This document shows, piece after piece, positions 13,031-23,836 of a stretch of DNA of 64,000 bases. The DNA is taken from positions 124,001-188,000 of the forward strand of contig MU004182.1 of assembly GCA_010093605.1 (NCBI GenBank), in the 5' to 3' direction. The stretch's first letter is position 1; every line of letters begins with the position of its first letter. Below the pieces are notes generated by a model. The model was not told the DNA's origin. It did no database searches and worked only from the letters and a program-made list of their open reading frames with translations. Source of the DNA: Lophium mytilinum (lineage: Eukaryota). The position numbers were made by a program, and so were the translations under genes.

Positions 13031-15193
13031 CTAATAGCTTCTTAGCTAGCTAAGTATAGTTGCGTTTAATATAGCCCTTCTTACTATAATTATAGTACTT
13101 ACGCATATTAGTATTCTATTAAGTAGTATCTTTACTACATCCACTATAGCCTTAACCGCGTTCTTAAGATCTAGTAGTATTTCTACCTTTAAAGGCGTTA
13201 AGTTTAGTATTATCTTTAGTATCTAGATATTTATATTTATTAGAATTAATATTAGTTTCTTAGAAGTAATTATTATCTAATTCTTTATTAGCCCTAGAGA
13301 TAGTATTAAGGCGGCCCTAATAGTCTCTTATTCTCTTATACTAGAAGATCTAATGCTTATTAGTAGTAGCAACCCACGCTATCTATTTATTAAAATTAGA
13401 AGGGGCCTATGCTTAGGCATTAATATAAAACTTAAGGCTAGGTTTTAAACCTACGCAGGCATATTAATATACTTTAAGATTAGATAGAGCTATATTAAGA
13501 GGGTATATATAAGTAGCCCTAATAAGCTTATTAAAGAACTAATAAGTACTAGTTATCTATACTATTTTATTAAAGCGGCGTTAGTGTTACTCTAGCGTAT
13601 CCGCGCTCTTATAGCAGTGGCTAAAGGTAGTAAAGAACTAATCTAATATAGTAAACTTAGTATTGCCTTAGTAGTACTATTAAATATCTTAGTTCTATTA
13701 AACGGCTATAGTTCTAGCTGTATAGCTGCCGGCTAGCTAAATCTTTTAAGTTTCTAGCATCTACTAGTAAACCTATTAATAGGCGTTTACTTATATAGTA
13801 ATAAAGTTGCGCATTTAAACTATCTAGATAGGGTATATATTATTATTAACTTTACCTAACTATATAGCGGGAGTCCTTATAAGAACTTTAGGTAGCGCTA
13901 TTAAATAAGGTTCTCTTATAGCTAATATTCTCTTAAAGGCTTATTAAAGCTCTTATATAGTTTATTCTAATATAGGCTTATTATAGTCTAGTATTAGATA
14001 ATTTAAGAAAGCGTTAGATAATAGACCCTAAAAGTTAGTAGCACTCTAAGAAGTAGGCTACTACTAGAAGTTATCTAATATATTCTTAACACGGGTATAG
14101 TAATTAGAAACTATAGCTTATAGCTATTCTAGTATAGCAGCCTACTACTATTATATAGAAGAAGCTAATATAAAACTAAAGAGTTCTAGTTTCTAGTAAT
14201 TTATTATATACTCTATTATAGGGGCTTAGAAGTATTAATAGCTATTTAAAGAAGGCGTAAATAATAGCCCTTAATAGGTAAGCCCTAGATTATAGGCTAG
14301 AGTACTGCTATAAATAATTAAAGAACCTTAAACTAGTAGCTTAATAGATTCTAGAATAGCGGCCTACTTAGCCTATAAGGCTAATATTAGATTAGATAGA
14401 TTATAAGATATAGTACTAAACTAAGAGAGCCTTTAAAAGAGTTCTTAAAGGTTAAAAGATAATCTATTAGAATAATAATATCTATTACTAGATATAAAAG
14501 GAAGCTAAGAGTTATAGAATATCTAAGAATAAGAAAGAGTAGAAAAGAGTTAATAACTATAATATAATTAAAGTAAAGAGTAAGAAAAGGGTACTAAGAT
14601 AGTAATATTAAGTTTCTTTCTTAAATGCTTTTTAATATCCTGTTAGAGAGAGAGGATTCTTAGAAGAACTCCTCCGCCTTCTTCTTATAATTAACTTATA
14701 AGGATTTCTAATTACTATATAATTATTAGGCTCTATTAAGCTATAATATTATTCTTCTTACTATTCTACTATTAATCTTACTTTAGCAGCTAATAGAACG
14801 CGTAGTTAGTTATATAGAAGTATTAAAAGGGATAGAAAAATCCTATAGTAATATTCTAGCTAAGGGCTCTTTAGACCTATACTATTTAATTTTTATAAGA
14901 ATATTTATAATAGGTAGTTATACTATAACGCTGGCCTAATACTAATTAGGGGCTATTATTAATAGTTATTATTAATTACTAATTAGGTTAATTTTTAGAA
15001 ACTATTAATATAGCTTAGTATTATTATAATAATCTAAAAATTCTACTAATTATAGAAGCTAATATCTTCTATTATTACTAAGGGTTAATTATAAGAATAT
15101 AGCCTTAGCTAGCTCTACGCTATTAAGTTTAAGGACCTAATAGCCCTCTAAGAAAGCCTTAGAGGCGGCTAGAACTATAACTAAGCTACTAGA

Positions 15194-15398
15194 TATAATA
15201 TTTCTAATTATATAATATAAGAATTTAGAGAATAATAGATATTAATTCTATATAGAAATCTAGCTAGGCTATATATACGTTAGAGAGGCCTATACAGGCC
15301 TTAATTACACTAGATTTATATAGGAAAGCGTTCCTATAGTAGATCTATATATTACGTGCACGACATCCGAATATCAACCGTATATCAAGAATTCCACA
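15194..15398 (-). repeat. 5' LTR (205 bp)
   Basis: Direct repeat of 5667-5871 ending ...attccaca. Just inside it the minus strand reads TAGTAGCT, possibly a RIP-altered TGGTAGCT primer-binding site (weak). Confidence 0.92.
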
Positions 15399-17085
15399 TT
15401 TGCAAGGGCCGTATCCCGGCAGCTGTCAATGCTAGACGTGCTCAAAGTCTCGACCACGTATTCGGTACTTTCAGGCACTGCGAAGACCCGCTCGCAGTAG
15501 GCTCCGTCTGGCGGGGTGGGATTGGCGGTGTTATACGGCGTAGCAGTGCAGACGGACGCAGCTGGAATGGTTGAAGATACCGAGGTTAATTCAGATATCG
15601 ATGAAGAAGCAGCCGCAGAGGGCGTTGGCGTTGGAGGTGTCGATGATAAGTCAGATGTCGATGAAGAAGCAGCCGCTGATGGCGTTGGCGTGAGAGATGA
15701 TGTTGAAGCTGGGCTCTCGATGCATGGATCCACACTAATGAAGCAGCTCGCATCAAAGAAAATCTTCCAACCGCCTTCGTCGTAAGGGCCAACGTCGGAT
15801 AAGCTCTCGGTGAAGAAACCACACCAAAAGCTTTGTCCCGCCCCTTGCATGCCAAAGTAGAAGCTCGCGAACCCGTCATCCATGATTATGTTCCTGCATT
15901 CTTCAAACCCGCTGACGGTGAAGGAACCTCCGAAAGAGTCGGCGTGCGCAATATTGACGTACTGGATACCGCATATGGCATCCGTTGGCGGGTTGGGACT
16001 GTCGGTGTAATACGATTGAAGAGTGCAGCACTCGGTGGTACTGGTTGAAGTGACTGTGAATGTTTCGACGACTGTTGGCGTTGCGGTGATGGTGGGAACG
16101 GCCTGGATTTTGATTAGTTTTCCCGATTCGCACTAAAGAAGTGATGAAACGCTCACATATTCTACAGTCGTCTCCGTCGATGTCAGAGTGGTAGTGGACA
16201 GAACAGTCTCAGTGGGCTCATCCAGATGAAGGCAACTACAAGCGCTAGTCAAGCCTGCGGCATCGATCGTGGTCAAGAGCTCGCTGCCAGTGGGAGTCGG
16301 AGTTGGCGATAGAGTAGAGATCTCGGACGTAGTAGAACTTTCGGAGCTGTAAATTGACGGCTCGGGAGTGTACGAAGATACTCCGGAGCTGTACACTGAA
16401 GTACCGTAGCTGTATAGTGAAGAACCATAGCTATATGAGCCAGATGGATGAACAGAGCTATTATAAGCGACAGAGTAGTATGGCGCCGTATTAGAGCTTG
16501 GGATAGAAGCTATTGCCGTGGCATGGGAAGGAATATAAGAGAACGAGTAGCCAGATGCGCCTTGTTGTACGGACTCAGAGTAAGATGTCTTTGGACTTGA
16601 TGACTTCGAAGATGAGGTCTCGGCTGTCGCATAAGCAAACGAAGAGTCGCTATATCCGGAGGATGCGTAATGAACAGACTCGGTGCAAGGAGCTTTCGAA
16701 GAGGCTTCCGTGCATGGACAAATGGTGGTTGTAGCAGTAACAACGATCGTCTTTGCAGCACCGCGGGGCATCAGGGCACGCGGCGGATACGTGCAAGTTG
16801 TCTCTACAGTCGTCTCCACAGCGGTAGAGGTAAAAGGATCGGTAGTGACGGTCGAAGCAGCGAGAGAAGACGTGTCTGTCCAAGTACTCGTGCTGAAAAC
16901 ATAATTAGTCTCTCGAGAACATATGAACGAGGGTTTAAATTCAATACGTACACGTAAGCCTCAACAACATCGGTGTAGGTCTGCGTCGTTATACTCAGAA
17001 ATGAGGAGCAGTAAGGCGTCGCCGCCGCACCGAGAGCAGCTACTATGGCATTCTGTACCGGGCATCTTCTGTTTGAAGTGGCCAT
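15399..17085 (-). pseudogene. Ser/Thr-rich, probably cell-surface protein with two Cys-rich repeat domains; 5' part, interrupted by the retrotransposon
   Basis: Introns 16951-16893 (GTACGT..CTAAT..CAG) and 16156-16103 (GTGAGC..CTAAT..CAG) join the ORFs in frame. It has the motifs YCSSFLS and LTSACSCL, S/T/Y-rich spacers and two homologous Cys domains. The start codon is uncertain (no clear signal peptide at 17085). Confidence 0.75.
15591..15710. repeat. 60-bp tandem duplication encoding TPTPSAAASSS linkers
   Basis: tcagat(a/g)tcgatgaagaagcagccgc..ggcgttggcg occurs at 15591 and again at 15651. Confidence 0.85.
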
Positions 17086-18531
17086 TTCAATGAGTGACCA
17101 AGGGCGTAACGGCCCAAAACGAATGGACGCAGAGAAAGGCCTCTGCAAGTGATAGTTGACGACGACGTGAAAGCAAATCAGGCAATATAGATAGAAGTTG
17201 AGGCTTTAAGACAAACATTGTATACAATGCTTCAACCATCTCCTTGCCATCGAGCCAAGACATTGAAAAGTGTCCAGAACACGCTGGAGAAGGAGAATGA
17301 GGTCTAGTTTGCTGTCTACATACGCGCCACACATCTCCACGTTGGATAGCGGCCCAGCCACATAAAATAGTCTATCGCTTCTGCTAGATTCGGGCCGCTA
17401 ATCCCTTAGCCAGGGGTAAATTCCAACATGACAGCTAGCCACAGGAAACGACCACGGAGTGACCGACCTTCAAGCCTCACATGATCTCTTGTCTCTGTGC
17501 GAATGCTCTGGTATAAAGACTCTGTACCTATGGTGGTGGGCGCCGTGGCGGACAGCCTCGCGCTCGCGCTCTTGAGGCTGAACGAACACGGCTGGGCTGG
17601 CAGGCAGAAAGCACTCGAGAAGTGCGGCGATCTAGTGTCTGTGTGTAGGGGAAGCACCAAGTCGCGATATTAGTTTCGACTGCAAAGATGACCGAGGAGC
17701 CCTGGCAGGTAGTCTGAGGGATTGGTGTTTCATCTCGGACCAAAGTCAAGGTTGATTTTTGAGGCGACGCGACTCAGCCGTGATCGCGCTAGGTACTTCA
17801 GGTTCCCTCTTTTTTTCTTCATTCTCTTATAATCTACCGCTGACAATCTATTCATCATCTACGATACATCTTTCATGTCTATCGTCCGCATGTTTCCAAA
17901 AAGAAGAGCTCAGACGAAGCTGTTCATTCTACCACACTACAAAGATATATCAAGTACAAACTATTTATTTGTTCCCTCCTTCCACTGATTCCGCCAGCGT
18001 CTTACAACTCGACAGGAAACCGCAAGGTCTGCTACAGTTGTACTCGGCGCTTTCCTAAGCAAATTCTGGGCTGTTCGTGGCGCAACCGTCCTTCAGCAAG
18101 ATGGTATCAAAGCCTCTTGAGCGAGCATCCTGAAGAGCACCCATAACGCATTGATCCGTATTAACACCGGCAAAAAAGAGCGTCTAAAAGCGTTTCTCCA
18201 GGAGGTAAGAGTTGAAGCACATGTCGAATCCCATAAGCCCGAGTTGAGGTTCTCGTGGATGATGACATCGGGCAAAGACGTAGCTTAACTCTCGTCATAG
18301 GTATCTGCTAGTAGGATATGCAATTCCGCGTTCCATGTGCCCCTAACCCTAATTCCAAGCATAGTACCTAGTCTCCTAACCTTGAGGAACTTGTCCCCAA
18401 CCATTAGTTTTTCCATCAGTCTTTCATATGCAAATATCAGAACGGTGGCGTTCAGCACAGCCAACCCCTTCTAAATGTTGAAGCGTTTGTACCTCATTAT
18501 GAAGCATTTGTGTATATATTCAATGAAATGA

Positions 18532-19455
18532 GATGGCTGTGAAGCTGCTCTGGGAACTCCAGTCAACTCCATAGATTACTACAAAATCAACGAAACGTAT
18601 GATACTGGCCATTGTAGCATACCTCTTCAAAGTTGTTCCGCATACAAAACGAAAGCGCCGACAACCTTTTAGAGGCCCGACGTCAGTTAAATTGAGCCTT
18701 ACTAGAGCAGAGTAGCTCAGGATAAGGTCACATTCTCTGAAAGGTTGCAACGACGTTCTCAAGTCAACGACTTCCCAAAGTTCCATGCAAGTGCCCGTCC
18801 AGATAGCGTCGATACTACCATTGAGCACCTCGTTGAGGATCAGCTCTAGAAAAGATGGCAGACTTACGCCGCCGACTTTGAGATCGAAGACCAGGTTGGA
18901 GGCAAAAGACCCAACTTCATCACAGCCGCGCAGAGCGTTATTGAACATCCCACCACGGAGATAGACGAGTTTGACATCGACGTCCATGCAATTCGTGTCA
19001 TCAAAGCTTAGACAACATTGAATCGTCAAGATGCGCTCAAAAGGCGAGAGGAGGTGAAGGAAGCGCGTCAAGCATGAATCGAAGCCATCCTTGCCTCACG
19101 GTTCCCAGACTACAAACGACTCGGGATCGTAGACCTTGTGGTATGTACGCAACAGGATAGTCAATGCTTTGTCGGACTTCAACAACCCATAGACCAGGAA
19201 ACGCGACCCGCAGTGTCCTTCGAAAGCGGTAGGAATCACAGCCTACAAACAGCCTGCTCGGCTCGCCTACTGTGACTACACCACCATCGACCCAGAGCAC
19301 GGCACATTGATCAGTCACGCTCTGCACATGGATAGGGTTGCAGAAAGCCGAATACTCCTACCAAACCAACGGCATCGCTAGCATTTTGTCGACAATCAGT
19401 GGCCCGATGACCTCCTAGTATTACGTTATGCAAAATCAGCTAGAATACGTGCAGG
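18532..19455 (+). pseudogene. Degenerate AsaB-like/CmcJ-like (hydroxylase/desaturase-like) gene
   Basis: One plus-strand frame plus intron 19141-19192 gives FDIDVHAIRVIKA*T..IEAILASRFPDY..RKRDP..QPARLAYCDYTTIDP..HR*HFVDNQWPDDLLVLR. In-frame stops lie at 18670, 18688, 18703, 18847, 19009, 19075 and 19379. Boundaries are approximate. Confidence 0.65.
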
Positions 19456-20501
19456 TAGGCCATCTACGTGGTGTATGTGTCAGAATCAGCTAACAGAGAG
19501 GTCCAGTGGAGTGTCATAATGCCTTCTGTAATCTAAACTCAAAGAGCAGTCCCCGAATCAGCTGTGAGATGCGATTTGTAGCTTTCAGATGAACGAAAGC
19601 TTATTAAAATATCAACGTTTTGTGCCTTTGCAAGTTAGTTAGCAAAAAGTCCAAGGCTGACTTTTGCGAATTTACTTAGGGAAGCAGTTACTAGTTTTGA
19701 ATGGCTCTGATACAGCATAGTCACATATTTCACGTACTTGAAACCTCACTCAAATGATTATAATCAAGTTGAACTCTAATCTTTCTCCACTTAGCTTTCA
19801 TGAATTGCCAAAATTCCTCATGGACATACGCAACATCAAATAAGCGCCCCGCACGACCAATACCGTTACGGTAAAGGCCGCCATGCCTACTAAGAGTCGT
19901 GGTGGTGTAAGAGCTGGGGACGTGTCGGGCTAGCACTGCACGCCGATAGATTATTTATAGCCCAGGAGAAACTTCCTATGAAACTTGCGAGCTTCCTTAC
20001 GAGACGTGCATAAGTAAATAAGGGCTACAAAGTTGGAGGCTGATATGAGCACTGCGTGAGTGGAACGCGTAGTTGGATGAAAGGCTTCATCAATTGTCAT
20101 GTTTGCGAATATCCTGAGGGGCATCATACCGACATTACGGAAGCCAACCAATTCAGTGGTCACCTGCCGGCAACTAGTGAGAAACGAAAAACCCGTCGAA
20201 GAATCTCAAGTGGTTGGAGGATGGGTGGGGTGCATGAAGCGGGGACCGAGAAGATGACTGTGTAAGGATGACTTGTCGTCACGTGCAGATGATCTCCAGG
20301 TGTGCTATGCAGATAGTCAGAAAATCGGGGTCACATTGGGTGCATACAACACGGCTTCGACCTGAACTAGTTTGCGGGGAAATTAGAGAAGAATTTGGGG
20401 TGTCCCTTATATCAGTCTCTCCTTCTCCGCATCACACTACCTTGGCTCGAGAAACTGGATTGGCAACATCTTACTCTTGAACCCAATTTAGTATCGCCTA
20501 G

Positions 20502-21637
20502 ATGGGTTCTCACAGCAAGTTTACCGCTCTGCTGCTCTTGACTATACTGACCACTCATTCAGCTACGAAAGACCGTTGGGCTGGCGTACCCACGCCTCCC
20601 TGTCTCGAAAACCCTCCTGCGTATCGCCTTTTCGAGCTTGTCATAATCATCGGAGGCAGTCTTATCATGGCCGTTGCGATCGCCAACAGCATTCGCAATC
20701 GCCGCCTAACCTACAGCTTCTTGTTCCTCTTCAATTCCCTGATCTGCTACTGGCAGGAAACGATTGGAGACTGGGTGTGCTCGCATTGCTTTCCCCTCTC
20801 TTTCATTTTGTGCTAATACATTGTAGGGCCAGCACCTCATCTACAGCCCCCGCTTCATGAGGCATCATCTCCTGGAGTGGCTACCCATAAAATCTCCCAA
20901 CGACCCCATCTTCGTCCCCTTTGCGTACGCCGTTTACTGGACTGCGCACTCTATTATGCTCATGCAGCTTGCGCCGATCTTGCAGCGCTACTTCAAGCGA
21001 ATGACGCTGCTTCAAGCGGTCCTCGTGTTGTCGCTGCCGCTGAACTACAGCTTCGACATTGTAGTGGAGGGATTTTGCACGTACATGGGGTACTGGACGT
21101 ATGGTATGAGCTGCCACAGCCCTGTTAGTTTTGCATAGGTACTAACAAGACTTCTAAGATCCCGGCATGGGCCCCGTCATCAAATGGTCCACAGGCGGCA
21201 GACAGCCACTCACATGGCCCATTCTGCTCATGTCTGGTTGGCCAAACTTGATAGCGTACTGGGGCGGTAAACCGCCTCTGACCAGCCTTAATATCATAGA
21301 GCGCTGGTCTGGTCTTGAAAGGTTGACGGAGCCTCAGGTGCCATATGCCAAAGCGCATGATCGGTTGGATCCAGAATATGCGTCGGAAGCGTCGCCACTG
21401 CTGGACAGACCGAAGAGCTCTAAAGGTAAGGCTTGGACGGATAGGTGGAATACGTCAGAAGAGTATGATGCGAAGTTGAACTATAAAGTCAAGGACTCGG
21501 TGCCAAGGTGGTTGTTTGAGACTGCGAGGTTTGTCGCTTGGCTTGTCGTTTTTAACGTCAGTTTCTTTATAACACTGGTCATTCCGTTGGTGGTGTTGAG
21601 AGTGGCGACGGGGAGAGGAAGTAAATATGTACCGTGA
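20502..21637 (+). CDS. Multi-pass membrane protein resembling the spirocyclase AveC-like family
   Basis: Introns 20775-20826 and 21104-21158 (and a probable 48-nt GC-AG intron at 20515-20562) join three ORFs. It has several TM segments and the motifs YWQETIGDWGQHLIYSPRF, SPNDPIFVPFAYAVYW and FDIVVEG..GYWTY. The gene is well supported; the family call is tentative. Confidence 0.6.
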
Positions 21638-22768
21638 TAGTACGGCACTTGAAGAAAGGTATGACTATAGTTGATTGCCGCTGTCTTAGCTGCTCCGGCA
21701 TAGTATCAGAAATTCAAATAGGCTGCAAGTTAGTAGCAAACACAAATGGGAAAAGTTATAAGAGAATCATGAGACAGAAAGGAAAGCTGAAGGGACTGTG
21801 AAGAAGATACCGCCAACGTAATGCCTTCACCTTGGAGCGCTGTCATCAGCCAGGAATGTCTACACCTTTCACGTGCGACCTCGCCAATCTCGGAATCGTT
21901 TTTTCCCGCCCAAGGCCTCCCGCTTCTTCTAACAGGAAGAATGTACACGTGCATATACCTTGCTGCCACGCTTCCACAACCCCGAAGCGCGGTTCCTGGA
22001 TCTATGTTTTGTGTCACCGAGGTTCATGTCGCACATGCATGCAAGTAACATACATGCAACCATGGTTCACTCGGCCAGGGTCCATGACAAGCATGCATCC
22101 CAATACTTTCCAGTGCCACGGCCTTGCAACCTGGGGGCGCGAAGTGCGCGAAATGCGGGAGCATGTGCTTGTGGTTCGGGTATCACGGCCGCAATGGGCC
22201 ACAGTGGTACGATGGTACAGCTGCTTTCCGGGAGGGGATGCCTCGATGAGATGATCTGTAACATGGTGTCTGAATAGGTCAATTTCGATAATTCGTAGAA
22301 AGTGTGTTGTGTCAAAAAAGAGTAGAAGGGTATCGGAACGCCCAAACCAGCCCTCCGTCGGCCCGCCTCTCACGCCTCAGGTTTCGCGGACCGCGTCCCC
22401 GACTCCCCAGCACCGTCCCTCTCCCACTGTAATTTTTTGGATGTAGTTAAAAGCACACAATTTCCTCTGGGTCGTCATTTTGACCAATGGGAACGACAAT
22501 ATGTACAAAATGCCTGGCTGCGGAGGTTCTTCCACCCCGTTTTCTACCCAATACGTACTGCTTGGGGCTGTTCCTGAGGCTCCGCGGGCAATGATCTCAT
22601 ACGCCGATAACCGGCATCTGGTCCCCAAAATGGGGCACGCGATATCGAAGCTGTGGGGCGTCGTGCGGAAGCTACCTATGGACCGACGACGCAAGAAAGG
22701 TAAGAGGGGCAGAAGCATTTTCGACGACGAAGCTGCACCCGCACTCCTCTGGAGCACCTATCAACGCA

Positions 22769-23836
22769 ATGGGCGAGATCAAGAAGCACACGATTACAGA
22801 GGTGAGTTTAGTTTCCGAGGGGCCCTGATCTGCATAGAGCTAATTTTGTGTTTAGCCATGGCTCAAGCTCTCTTGCGGGTTGGGCGAGGCGCCTTTCTGG
22901 GAAGAGCAAACGCATACGCTGCGCTTTGTCGACATCATTAAACAAGAACTACATACTGTCGACCTCGCCAAGGGCCCTGCGTCGCATAAGATTGCGGCGT
23001 CTCTGGATATCTCGATTGGGGTGACGGGGGATATCGAGGGCCATGATAAAGGATTCATATTTGGTGGGAAGCATGGCTATGGCATTTTCGATCGCGAGAC
23101 GGCGTCGTACAAGTACATCAAGAAGGTGTGGAGTGAGGAGGAGTTGAGCGATGGCAAGGACAAGCGTATGCGGGCGAATGATGGAGCGATTGATAGTCGA
23201 GGGAGATTCTGGGTGGGCTTCATGGATGACCCTCTGATCAAAGACCCTGTTGATGAAGGTAAATCCTACCGTCTCTTTCTTGCTTGTTTTACCCAGAGCC
23301 TCACTTGTAGAATGGGACAGAGACCATACTAACGAATTCAAGGTGTTTTGTTCCGACTTGACCCAGACAGATCCCTCCACCGCGTCCTCGAAGGCGTCAC
23401 CATCCCAAATGGCACGACTTGGAGCGCTGACGACAAACATATGTACTTCACCGACTCGCCCACAAGGAACATCTACGTTTTCGACTTCGATGCAGAGACC
23501 GGCGCCATCTCGAATCGCCGCGTTTTCTTTAGATGGGCTGAGAATCTGGACGCCGAACCAGACGGTCACTGCATCGACGAAGAGGGCTACATGTGGAGTG
23601 CCTTCCACGGCTCGGGCAAGGTTCTCCGGATATCCCCCGAAGGCAAAGTCGTCGCAGAAATAACATGCCCAACGCCCAACGTCACGTGCCCTGCCTTCGT
23701 TGGCGAGGATCTCGTCATTACCTCAGCAGGAGGCGACGAGAAGCCGGAGACGATGGCTGGCTGCGTCTTCAAGATCCATGTGGGCGTAACAGGCCTGAAG
23801 CGGTTCAGATGGAAATCCGGGATCGAAACGGTTTAG
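22769..23836 (+). CDS. SMP-30/gluconolactonase/regucalcin-like beta-propeller
   Basis: Exons 22769-22801, 22856-23258 and 23343-23836. Motifs LGEAPFW, RANDGAIDSRGRFWVG, IPNG..WS..MYFTDS, EPDG..IDEEG.MW and TCPAF. Confidence 0.93.

Larger units (their letters stand above)
5667..15398 (-). mobile_element. Full-length RIP-degraded Ty3/Gypsy LTR retrotransposon (9732 bp)
   Basis: AT- and TpA-rich block bounded by 205-bp direct repeats (TG..CA) with a 4-bp TSD TTTA/TTTG. Minus-strand motifs, readable after reversing C>T/G>A changes, occur in Gypsy order: zinc knuckle CYNCGKKGH..C (~13097), protease FLIDxGA (~12800), RT MPFGLCNAPATFQ (~11745) and YIDD (11655), RNase H TDASDFA (~11185) and KELLAI (~11055), integrase SDNG (~10140) and TPYHPQANGKVERLN (~10060). 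Confidence 0.93.

Noticed and set aside
18341..18352. CCCTAACCCTAA (two telomere repeats; resembles a telomerase RNA template)
   Set aside because: Only 12 bp, and I could not identify any supporting pseudoknot or other telomerase RNA elements; chance is plausible.
18520..19071. 183-aa minus-strand ORF
   Set aside because: Most likely the antisense shadow of the plus-strand AsaB/CmcJ-like pseudogene, which has the motifs and the intron.
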